A stretch of DNA of 64,000 bases. Origin: Candidatus Pyrohabitans jungbluthii (GTDB taxonomy: Archaea > Hydrothermarchaeota > Hydrothermarchaeia > Hydrothermarchaeales > BMS3B). The stretch covers positions 1-64,000 of the forward strand of contig MTMD02000011.1 of assembly GCA_002010065.2 (NCBI GenBank). Direction: 5' to 3'. The first letter of the stretch is position 1; every line of letters begins with the position of its first letter. Position numbers and translations under genes: made by a program. The notes below the pieces were generated by a model, which was given only the letters and a program-made list of their open reading frames with translations, searched no databases and had not been told where the DNA came from. This document shows positions 39,867-48,331 of the stretch, in pieces.

Positions 39867-41322
39867 TATTGAGTCGCGGGTAGTTACTGTGGGAAACAGA
39901 TATTTCTACAAGATTGAATTTCCCACCCTCACGCCTAAAGAGATGAAGTTTCTGAAGAAGGTGAAAGAGGCAGCGATAAAGGAGGCGAGGGTTGATCTGC
40001 AAGGTTTAACGAAGGAGCAGATGAAGCAGCGCATGCTATTCGCAGTGCTTGAGATAATGGACAGGCTTAATGGCGACCTGGAGCTCTCGCCAGAGAAGAG
40101 GCAAAAGCTTGCGGAGCTTATTGTCAATGACATGGTGGGCTACGGCTTGCTAGAACCCATTCTCGAAGACGACGAGATTGAGGAGATAATGGTAATTGGC
40201 CCCAAGCGCCCGGTGTATGTGTTTCACAGGAAGTACGGAATGCTTGAAACGAACGTGGTTTTCCAAGATCCCAGGGAGATTGTGAACATCGTACAGCGAA
40301 TAGCTTCCAGCATTGGCAGGCGCATAGACGCATCTTCGCCTCTCCTGGATGCTCGTCTTCCAGACGGCTCCCGCGTCAACGCCACTCTAAGCCCACCCGC
40401 CCTTGATGGACCAACAGTAACCATAAGGAAGTTCAAAAAGGATCCGCTCACGATAGTTGACCTGCTGAAGTTCAACACCCTCAATAGCGAGGTCGCAGCC
40501 TTTTTGTGGCTCATGGTCGAGGGGATGGGGGTATGGCCTAAGAACATCCTTGTGGCTGGCGGCACCGGAAGCGGAAAAACCACTACTCTAAACGCCCTTG
40601 CAATTTTCATCCGCGAGCGCGAGCGCGTTATTACCATTGAAGATACCGCAGAGCTTCAGCTTCCAATAAAGCATCTCATAAGGTTTGAGGTACGCCCCCC
40701 GAGCATAGAGGGGAAGGGCGAGATAGACATGGACACCCTGCTTAAAAACACGCTGCGAATGCGCCCCGATAGAATAATCATAGGCGAGGTCCGTGGAAGT
40801 GAGGCAAAAACGCTTTTCACAGCCATGAACACTGGGCACAACGGCACCCTAGCGACGCTTCATGCAAACAGCGCGAGAGAATGCATTACGCGCTTGACAA
40901 ATGAACCCATGGGTGTTCCAATGATAATGATTCCTGCACTGGATTTGATTGTGATGCAGGCGAGGTACGCCCATGAAAAGAAAGGGTTAATAAGAAGAGT
41001 AACAGAGGTAACAGAGGTTGGTGGGATTACTGACAGTACCGTGGCTCTCAGCAAAATTTACGAGTGGGACCCGGGCAGTGATGTTATAAGGAGCACTGGC
41101 ACGCCAAGCACGCTGAAGCAGGAGCTTGCCAAGCAGGTTGGCATCTCCATAGAGGAGGTGAATGAAGAGTTTGAGAAGAGGAGGCTTGTTCTGGATTACC
41201 TGCTTGAAAACAACATTAGGGAGATTTACGAGGTGCGCAGGTGGGTGGAGAGCTATTACACCAACCCTGAGGCCACGCTGAAGAAGATTGAGGAATCCCT
41301 TAAGGCTTCGACTCGCTCATAG
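39859..41322 (+). CDS. CpaF/TadA/VirB11-family type IV pilus/secretion ATPase
   Basis: DARLPDGSRVNA, TIRKF, GGTGSGKTT, TIEDTAEL, LRMRPDRIIIGEVRG, MNTGH, TLHAN. Confidence 0.93.
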   Translation: MSDIESRVVTVGNRYFYKIEFPTLTPKEMKFLKKVKEAAIKEARVDLQGLTKEQMKQRMLFAVLEIMDRLNGDLELSPEKRQKLAELIVNDMVGYGLLEPILEDDEIEEIMVIGPKRPVYVFHRKYGMLETNVVFQDPREIVNIVQRIASSIGRRIDASSPLLDARLPDGSRVNATLSPPALDGPTVTIRKFKKDPLTIVDLLKFNTLNSEVAAFLWLMVEGMGVWPKNILVAGGTGSGKTTTLNALAIFIRERERVITIEDTAELQLPIKHLIRFEVRPPSIEGKGEIDMDTLLKNTLRMRPDRIIIGEVRGSEAKTLFTAMNTGHNGTLATLHANSARECITRLTNEPMGVPMIMIPALDLIVMQARYAHEKKGLIRRVTEVTEVGGITDSTVALSKIYEWDPGSDVIRSTGTPSTLKQELAKQVGISIEEVNEEFEKRRLVLDYLLENNIREIYEVRRWVESYYTNPEATLKKIEESLKASTRS

Positions 41323-41860
41323 ACTTCGACTCGTGCTTCTTACTAAGCTCCCTTACCTTTCTTTTCAGGTTGCGTATTGTTATGTCCTTGCTTATCCCCA
41401 GTCTGTACCACCGCTCTATCTCTTTAATCCTCTCCTGTGGATTTCTGAGTCGAATTTCCTTTATCAACGCCTCCCGATACCAGCGCTCAAGCTCCTTTAG
41501 GCTTTCCAGAAGTTCTTGGTCTTCCGGGTCGAGCCTAATCTTCTCGTATCCATTCCCTGCGGCTCTCTTTTCTAGGTCCTCTATCTGCTTTCTTACATTG
41601 TAGAGGGATTCTCCTGCGATGTGCATGTGACTTCTTACCATACCTCCGTAAAGTAGAAATGTTCCAAAAGCAATGGCGGTGTAGACAACAAACCAGGTTT
41701 TAACCTCACCCCCTGCTATTACGGCATCGAGGGGTAGAAGGAGCAAAAGTCCTATAAAGATTGCTACATTCAGCCAGAAAATTCGCCATATAATCTTTTT
41801 CTTTCTTTCCACTCTTCTTAGCTCTTTTTCAAGTATAAGTTCTGCTGCATCTTCACCCAT
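41300..41860 (-). CDS. Two-TM membrane protein with duplicated E(L/I)ERW coiled coil (paralog of 35909-36463)
   Basis: WRIFW...W..YTA.A TM pair, then PEDQELL..LKELERWY...IKEIERWY..GISKDITIRNL. Confidence 0.75.
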   Translation of the reverse strand: MGEDAAELILEKELRRVERKKKIIWRIFWLNVAIFIGLLLLLPLDAVIAGGEVKTWFVVYTAIAFGTFLLYGGMVRSHMHIAGESLYNVRKQIEDLEKRAAGNGYEKIRLDPEDQELLESLKELERWYREALIKEIRLRNPQERIKEIERWYRLGISKDITIRNLKRKVRELSKKHESKSMSESKP

Positions 41861-41929
41861 TATCCCACACCTTCTGGTCACCTATGTAGGTTATGGTATT
41901 TAAAAATTTTCGTATAGCTATTTCTTTCT

Positions 41930-41945
41930 GTGAACATGTGTTCAC
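41930..41945. promoter_or_regulatory. Palindromic putative operator in a divergent promoter
   Basis: GTGAACA-TG-TGTTCAC perfect 7-bp inverted repeat between two AT-rich TATA-like boxes. Confidence 0.4.
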
Positions 41946-42005
41946 GAAATCAGGTATGAGAAGCTTTATATGGAGATAATAAGTAAATTACTTTGAGGCC
42001 TTGAG

Positions 42006-42602
42006 ATGAGAGTGGTGCGCGCTGTTGGGGTTCTCAATCTTCTGCTGGGCTTGGTGGCGCTTTTAGCTCCGGTTAAGTTTTACTCCTTTGCGATGCGTCT
42101 CTTTACGCCAGACGTCTCTCCGCCCTTTGGTGTTGGTGCAATCCGCCTGACCACCTTTATGCTCTTTATTCCCAGCTTGGTGCTAATAGCCAACGGCGTT
42201 GCACTGCTTTTCTTGAGCTACAGACTTGAAACTCCTGCTAAGACCGCTTCACCCGCAACGCAGGAGTATTTGAGAAGGTTGAGGAAAGAGGAAGGTTTAG
42301 AGCCTGGCGAAGCTGAGAAGGATTTTGAGCTCTTTGAAGGAGAAGCGAGGGAGGAGCTTGAGGAGACCCCGGGCTATGCACTCTCCCAAGGCGAGGAGTA
42401 CGTGAAGGTCAGGCACGAGATGATAGGGAAGGAAGTATACGACAGAAGGGGCAACTACTACGGCAAGGTTGTGAGCGTTACCCTGAGCGAGGAGGGCGAT
42501 GTGAAGGAGTTTCTGGTCAAGCGTGGTGAAAGGAAAAAGGTTTTCAGTGGTGAAGACATAGAGAGCAACAATGGTGTGATTCTGGTTAGGCGTCAGGAGT
42601 AG
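42006..42602 (+). CDS. Membrane-anchored protein with C-terminal PRC-barrel-like domain
   Basis: Two N-terminal hydrophobic helices, acidic linker, then EMIGKEVYDRRGNYYGKV...I....GVILV. Confidence 0.65.
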   Translation: MRVVRAVGVLNLLLGLVALLAPVKFYSFAMRLFTPDVSPPFGVGAIRLTTFMLFIPSLVLIANGVALLFLSYRLETPAKTASPATQEYLRRLRKEEGLEPGEAEKDFELFEGEAREELEETPGYALSQGEEYVKVRHEMIGKEVYDRRGNYYGKVVSVTLSEEGDVKEFLVKRGERKKVFSGEDIESNNGVILVRRQE

Positions 42603-42655
42603 CTTCCGCATACTTTTTATATCCCTTTTGCATTACACTGAGCAGAGGCTTTACC

Positions 42656-42889
42656 ATGGAGGAAAAGGAGGAGATTCGTCGCGAGGCGGAGCGCGTGCTC
42701 AAAGAGCTTTCTGAAGCCCTGGGAGAGATAAGCCTGGAGGAAACATACTACGTGGTGGAGGAGATTAACGTTACCCGCGGTGACGCTGAACCAGAGCTAA
42801 GGCCGGAGTTCCGCGAGGCGGCGCTGAAGATTGCACCTCGCAAAGACGAGGAGGGCAACTACATCGCTGAAGTAGGAAGCTGGGTGTAG
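42656..42889 (+). CDS. gatC: Asp-tRNA(Asn)/Glu-tRNA(Gln) amidotransferase subunit C
   Basis: ETYYVV...NVTR.D, AP; lies directly upstream of gatA. Confidence 0.8.
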   Translation: MEEKEEIRREAERVLKELSEALGEISLEETYYVVEEINVTRGDAEPELRPEFREAALKIAPRKDEEGNYIAEVGSWV

Positions 42890-42895
42890 TTAGCC

Positions 42896-44245
42896 ATGAG
42901 CGCTGTGGAGGAGCTAAGGAGTGGAGCGCTGACTGCAGAGGAGAACGTGGCGCGCTACTTAGAGGCGATTGAGGCTAGAGATAGGGAGATAAACGCCTTC
43001 ATCGAGGTTAATCTGCGCGCAATTGAAGATGCCCAGGCGGTGGATAAAAAGATAGAGCGCGGTACCGCCGGGAAGCTCGCTGGCTTAGCTATAGCTGTGA
43101 AGTCCAACATCAATGTCCGTGGGCTTCGCGCCACCTGCGCTTCGAAAACCCTGGAGAACTACGTCTCGCCCTACGATGCTACGGTGATAGAGCGCATACG
43201 CCGCGAGGATGGGGTTATCATAGGCATGACCAACATGGATGAGTTCGCGTGCGGTAGCAGTGGCGAGACCTCATACTTTGGGCCAACGCAGAATCCTGCC
43301 GCAATGGGGAGAATACCGGGTGGCTCCTCCTCGGGAAGCGCCGCCGCAATAGCCGCGAACTTCGCAGACGTTGCTCTTGGAAGCGACACTGGGGGGAGTA
43401 TCCGCAATCCGGCATCGCATTGCGGAGTTGTGGGAATAAAGCCCACATATGGCTTGGTGCCCCGCTATGGCTTGATAGACTTGGCCATGAGCCTCGACCA
43501 GATAGGTCCCCTCGCCAAGGATGTTTACTCTGCAGCCCTTCTCCTTGAGGTGATCGCGGGATATAATCCAAAAGAGGCGACGACGCTGCGCGTTGAGAGT
43601 GTGGACTACACCTCAAAGCTAAACGCCGACCTCTCGGGCTACACCATAGGCTTCGCAAGGGAGTTCGAGGAGTACACCTCCCCTGAGATAATCCGCGAGG
43701 TTAAGCACGCGCTGGCAAAGCTCGAGGCGCAGGGTGCCAGCGTGGTGGAGGTGGAGCTTCCAAACCTTGCAAAAGCCCTGCCCACCTACTATCTGACGGT
43801 CTTCGTGGAGTTCTTCTCAGCAACTCGCCGCTATGATGGTCGCCGCTACGGTTACCGCATTGAAGAGGTGTGCGGCGAGGAGGTGCTGCGCAGGATAATG
43901 CTGGGGCGCTATATAAGCCAGAAGGAGTACTCTGGCAAATACTACAAGAAAGCCCTCCAGTTCCGCTCGCTTATCAAGAAGGAGTTGCTCGAGGCTTTGA
44001 GCGGCGTCGATTTAATCGCAGGTCCGACGACGCCCAAGCTTCCCCACAGGCTGGGAGAAGAGATTGATCCCCTGGCTATGTACGCCTACGATTTGCTCAC
44101 AGTGCCTGCGAACTTAGCCGGGATACCCGCAGGCGTCATAAAATCCGGCGAGGTAAAAGGCATACCCGTGGGTTTGCAGCTCCAGGCAAAGCCGCTGGAT
44201 GAGCAGAAGATACTCAATGCCATGTACGCGCTTGAGGGTGGCTGA
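42896..44245 (+). CDS. gatA: Amidotransferase subunit A
   Basis: TNMDEFACGSS, PGGSSSGSAAA, GSDTGGSIRNPA, ANLAG.P. Confidence 0.95.
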   Translation: MSAVEELRSGALTAEENVARYLEAIEARDREINAFIEVNLRAIEDAQAVDKKIERGTAGKLAGLAIAVKSNINVRGLRATCASKTLENYVSPYDATVIERIRREDGVIIGMTNMDEFACGSSGETSYFGPTQNPAAMGRIPGGSSSGSAAAIAANFADVALGSDTGGSIRNPASHCGVVGIKPTYGLVPRYGLIDLAMSLDQIGPLAKDVYSAALLLEVIAGYNPKEATTLRVESVDYTSKLNADLSGYTIGFAREFEEYTSPEIIREVKHALAKLEAQGASVVEVELPNLAKALPTYYLTVFVEFFSATRRYDGRRYGYRIEEVCGEEVLRRIMLGRYISQKEYSGKYYKKALQFRSLIKKELLEALSGVDLIAGPTTPKLPHRLGEEIDPLAMYAYDLLTVPANLAGIPAGVIKSGEVKGIPVGLQLQAKPLDEQKILNAMYALEGG

Positions 44246-44248
44246 ACT

Positions 44249-45619
44249 ATGAAGGTAACCATCGGCTTCGAGATTCACGAGCAGCTGGCAACGAAGACAA
44301 AGCTATTCTGTAGGTCGCCCACGAATTACCGCGACGCACCGCCCAACACCAACATCTGTGAGGTATGCACAGGCATGCCCGGGGCAAAGCCGATGCCGGT
44401 AAACCAGGAGGCGGTGGATGCGGTAATTGCGATAGCTCTCATGCTCAACTGCGAAATCGTAAAGGAGCCCATCTACATCCTGCGAAAGCACTATGATTAC
44501 CCTGACCTGCCCAGCGGCTACCAGCGCACCTCCATGCCCATTGGCAAAAATGGCGAGCTCGCCGGCGTAAGAATATGGGAGGTGCACCTTGAGGAAGATC
44601 CGGGTAAATACGACCCCACCACTGGCAAGGTGGACTACAACCGTTCCGGCGTGCCCCTGGTGGAGATAGTAACCGCCCCCGATATGCACTCACCGGAGGA
44701 GGCGAGGGAGTTTTTGAAAGAACTCGTGAAGGTGCTGCGCTACACTCAAAGAGTGCGTGAGGAAGGCGGAACAATGCGCGTTGACACCAACGTGAGCATC
44801 GAGGGCGGAGCACGCGTGGAGATAAAGAACATAAACAGCATCCGCGGTGCCTACCGCGCGCTGAAGTTTGAGATTACCCGCCAGAAGAATTTGATGAAGC
44901 GGGGTAAGGTGGTGAAGCGCGAGACCCGCGCCTATCTCGAGGCGCAGATGATAACCAAAGGGATGCGAACAAAGGAAGAGGCTGAGGATTACCGCTACAT
45001 TCCAGACCCGGACATTCCACCCCTGCTCATCACCGAGGAGAAAATCGCAGAAATAAGGGCTACCCTACCCGAGGCTCCCCACCTCAAGGAAAAGCGCTTT
45101 ATAAAGCAGTACGGCATCAAAAGCGATGACGCCAAGATAATAGCTAGCGAGCTTGAGCTGGCGAACGCCTTTGAGGAGGTTGCCAAGGTAATCCCACCGC
45201 AGCTTGCTGCGACGTGGATACGCGACGAGGTGAAACGCGTACTCGAGTACAACGGCATTACCTTTAAGGAGAGCGGGATAACGCCTGCTCACTTAATAGA
45301 GCTGCTCCAGCTTGTGCTCAATGACGAGATTACTCTTAAGACAGCGAAGAAGGTGATGGAACTCCTGCCCGAGAAGCGCACCTCGCCGAAGAAGATTATC
45401 GAGGAGCTTGGTCTTAAGAAGCTCCGCGAGGACAGCGCCGTCGCCAAAGCTTGCGAGGAGGCAATAGCTGAGAACCCCAAGGCAGTGGAGGACTACCTCT
45501 CGGGCAAAAAGGAAGCCCTGAACTTCCTTGTGGGGCAGGTGATGCGCAAGACTCGAGGCAGGGCAGACCCTGCCAAGGTTCTGGAGATGCTGAGGGAGAG
45601 GGTGGAAGGGAGGGAGTGA
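44249..45619 (+). CDS. gatB: Amidotransferase subunit B
   Basis: IGFEIH, TKLFC, YPDLPSGYQ, HLEEDPG, VEIKNINS, DYRY.PDPD, GQVMR.TRGRADP. Confidence 0.96.
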   Translation: MKVTIGFEIHEQLATKTKLFCRSPTNYRDAPPNTNICEVCTGMPGAKPMPVNQEAVDAVIAIALMLNCEIVKEPIYILRKHYDYPDLPSGYQRTSMPIGKNGELAGVRIWEVHLEEDPGKYDPTTGKVDYNRSGVPLVEIVTAPDMHSPEEAREFLKELVKVLRYTQRVREEGGTMRVDTNVSIEGGARVEIKNINSIRGAYRALKFEITRQKNLMKRGKVVKRETRAYLEAQMITKGMRTKEEAEDYRYIPDPDIPPLLITEEKIAEIRATLPEAPHLKEKRFIKQYGIKSDDAKIIASELELANAFEEVAKVIPPQLAATWIRDEVKRVLEYNGITFKESGITPAHLIELLQLVLNDEITLKTAKKVMELLPEKRTSPKKIIEELGLKKLREDSAVAKACEEAIAENPKAVEDYLSGKKEALNFLVGQVMRKTRGRADPAKVLEMLRERVEGRE

Positions 45620-45700
45620 AGCAAACTTTTGACAACTTCATGGAACTACCCTTTTTCCTTGAAGAGTTATTCGGAAGGAAAGTCGATTTAATCACCACCA
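45616..45700 (+). pseudogene. Fragment of a minimal nucleotidyltransferase (MNT, HEPN-MNT antitoxin) gene
   Basis: Reads KQTFDNFMELPFFLEELFGRKVDLIT, the C-terminal half of MNT; the GS/DxD half is missing and the frame runs into AT-rich sequence. Confidence 0.65.
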
Positions 45701-45916
45701 AGGGGCCGGGGATTATAAAGATTAAAATTTTAATGTTGATGAAAGTAGAACCTCATTAAGGTAGAAATTTTTATTAATTATAGAAAAAATTTTGAATAAT
45801 CCAGATGATGAAGAATACAAGAGAAATATAAGAAAAAAGATTTTAAGTTGTGTAGGAGACTTTAATCCTGATTAATGCTCCTTTCACGACTTATGGAAAT
45901 AGCTTTTTCTACATAA

Positions 45917-47191
45917 CTATTTCCCACCCAGAAACTCCTGCGTCAGCTTCATCGCGCAGAAGCTGCCGCACATTGTGCACGCGTCGCTTTTCTTGGGCAG
46001 TCTTCGCCTGCGGTACTCCATCGCTCGCTCAGGGTCCAGGCAAAGCTTGAACTGCTTCTCCCAGTTGAGCTCAACCCTCGCCTTGGACATCTCTTCGTCT
46101 ATCTCTCTGCCTCTTCCCCTCGCCAGGTCCGCTGCGTGGGCTGCGATTTTGCTCGCCACAACGCCAACGCGCACATCCTCGACGCTGGGCAAAGCGAGGT
46201 GCTCCGCGGGCGTAACGTAGCACAGGAAGTCTGCGCCCGCGTAGGCGGCGATTGCCCCGCCTATCGCCGCTGCTATATGATCGTAACCGGCGGCGATGTC
46301 GGTAACCAGGGGGCCGAGCACATAGAAGGGTGCGCCGTCGCAGAGGCGCTTCTCCAGCAAGACGTTTGCCTCAATCTGGTTCAGAGGCACATGCCCTGGC
46401 CCTTCAACCATGCACTGCACTCCCGCTTCTCGGCAGCGCTTAACCAGCCTGCCCAGAATCATTAGCTCGCGGAGCTGCGCCTCGTCGGTAGCGTCGGCTG
46501 TGCTACCCGGGCGCAGGGCATCGCCAAGGCTTAGGGTAACGTCGTGCTCCCTGGCTATCTCCAGCAGGTAGTCGAAGTTCTCATACAGGGGGTTCTCCCT
46601 TTCGTTGTGCTTCATCCACGCTGCCAGAAAGCTTCCGCCCCTGCTCACTATCCCAGTTACGCGGGGGCTCTTCTCGAGCGCATCCAGAGCTTCTCGCGTA
46701 ATTCCGGCGTGCACCGTCATGAAGTCCACGCCTTCTCTCGCCTGAGCCTCTATAACTGAGAAGAGCTCATCCTCGCTCATATCTACGACGCTACCTCGCT
46801 TCGCCGCGAGCACGCCAGCCTCGTAAATAGGCACAGTGCCCAGAGGTACAGGAATCTTGAGAATCTCCCTCCTTATCTTCTTCAAATCCCCGCCGGTGCT
46901 CAGGTCCATAAGCGTGTCCGCGCCATATTTCACCGCCACTCTAGCCTTTTCCAGCTCCTCTTCTATGCTAACATGCTCCGGTGAGGTACCGATGTTGGCA
47001 TTCACCTTCACCCTAAGCCCTTCGCCTATTCCAACTGGCGCAAATTCTCTCCCTGAGCTGTTCTTGGGTATAACCACCCTTCCCTTCGCCAACCTTCGGA
47101 GCAGAACCTTCTCGTCTATTCCCTCTGCTCTGCTCACCTGGCGTATTTCCTCGCTGACAACGCCTCGCCTTGCCTCAAGCATTAAAGTCAT
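45917..47191 (-). CDS. thiC: Phosphomethylpyrimidine synthase ThiC (ThiC/BzaAB family)
   Basis: KVNANIGTS, MDLSTGG, GTVPIY, SRGGS, EGPGH, GYDHI, CTMCGSFC. Confidence 0.9.
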   Translation of the reverse strand: MTLMLEARRGVVSEEIRQVSRAEGIDEKVLLRRLAKGRVVIPKNSSGREFAPVGIGEGLRVKVNANIGTSPEHVSIEEELEKARVAVKYGADTLMDLSTGGDLKKIRREILKIPVPLGTVPIYEAGVLAAKRGSVVDMSEDELFSVIEAQAREGVDFMTVHAGITREALDALEKSPRVTGIVSRGGSFLAAWMKHNERENPLYENFDYLLEIAREHDVTLSLGDALRPGSTADATDEAQLRELMILGRLVKRCREAGVQCMVEGPGHVPLNQIEANVLLEKRLCDGAPFYVLGPLVTDIAAGYDHIAAAIGGAIAAYAGADFLCYVTPAEHLALPSVEDVRVGVVASKIAAHAADLARGRGREIDEEMSKARVELNWEKQFKLCLDPERAMEYRRRRLPKKSDACTMCGSFCAMKLTQEFLGGK

Positions 47192-47238
47192 GTGTTCCTA
47201 CTCCAATTATAACATTTATAAAGGGTTGTGAGACATAG

Positions 47239-48093
47239 CTAATACTCCTTCAGTATCCTGTAAATTACAGAAAAGTCAAGGCTGTCCATATTTTTTGGGA
47301 ACGTCATGGCAAAAAGCTCTTTGGCAATGCTTCCCATAAATAAGGGTCTTTTTAAGGTTCTTGCCAAATCCTGCAGGTAGTGAAGGTCCTTGTAAATTAG
47401 CGCAGAGGAGAAATGCGTCGTAAAATCCTCCTTGAGCAGTTTTTCTTTCTTGGCATTTAAAACCATGGAATTTCCTGCGCCTGCGGAAAGAATCTCCAGC
47501 ACCTTCTCCTTGCTTAGCCCAACGGCCTCGCCGAAGGCGAGAGCTTCTGCAATGGTTGCCATGAATGAGCCGAGGGCAAGGTTATTAATAAGCTTCATCT
47601 TCGTTGCCAGGGTTGGCTCGCCCAGGTAGAAGATGTTCTCGCCTATCTTTTCAATATATGGCAGAGCTCTTTCGTACGCTTGTTTCTCACCGCTAACCAG
47701 AACCGTAAGCTTCCCCAGGGATGCAGGTATAACACTCCCGAGCACAGGAGCCTCAAGATAATAGGCGCCATGCTCTTTAAACACCTCGTGGAAGTATGTC
47801 ACCGCCTCAAAGTGGTTTGTTGTGGTATCAATTATAACTTTTCCTTCACACTCGCCCTCCAGAAGCCCGTCCTTGCTTGTGGCGACTGATTTAACAGCAT
47901 CGCTATCAAAGAGGCACAGAAAGACAAAGTCAACCTCAGATAAGAGCGAAGCCGGGCTTTCTGCTATCTCAACCCCCAGCTCCTGAGCTTTCTCCCTGGT
48001 TCTGTTCCAGACAACCAGCTCCACGCCCTGAGAAATCAGCCTCTTTGCCATCGCCTTGCCGAGGTTACCAAGACCGATAAATCCTGCCTTCAT
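47239..48093 (-). CDS. 3-hydroxyisobutyrate/beta-hydroxyacid dehydrogenase family NAD(P) oxidoreductase
   Basis: GFIGLG.LG, WNRT, EAPVLGS, MKLINN, KDL. Confidence 0.88.
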   Translation of the reverse strand: MKAGFIGLGNLGKAMAKRLISQGVELVVWNRTREKAQELGVEIAESPASLLSEVDFVFLCLFDSDAVKSVATSKDGLLEGECEGKVIIDTTTNHFEAVTYFHEVFKEHGAYYLEAPVLGSVIPASLGKLTVLVSGEKQAYERALPYIEKIGENIFYLGEPTLATKMKLINNLALGSFMATIAEALAFGEAVGLSKEKVLEILSAGAGNSMVLNAKKEKLLKEDFTTHFSSALIYKDLHYLQDLARTLKRPLFMGSIAKELFAMTFPKNMDSLDFSVIYRILKEY

Positions 48094-48154
48094 GTCAGCG
48101 CCTCCTGTCACCTATATCCAAGCGGTAACGTAATAATTTCTGATTGCTTCCTTA

Positions 48155-48296
48155 CTGGTACGGAAGGGGTAATAGGGGCGGGGAAGGCGCCCCTATATAG
48201 CTGAGAATCATGAGGTTCCTGGAGGGAATGGGAACCCGGTGGAGGTTCCCGTTATAGGTGAGGATGGGGTAATAGGGGCGGGCGTGGCGCCCCTAT
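48155..48296. repeat. Cluster of 42-bp hairpin (REP-like) repeats, cluster 2 (inverted relative to cluster 1)
   Basis: 48155-48196 is 40/42 identical (reverse complement) to 21798-21839; 48255-48296 is 34/42 identical to 21756-21797; a variant hairpin lies between them at 48212-48254. Confidence 0.85.
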
Positions 48297-48331
48297 CTGC
48301 AAAAAGGTTATATTTTCAGCAGTGCTAAAGC

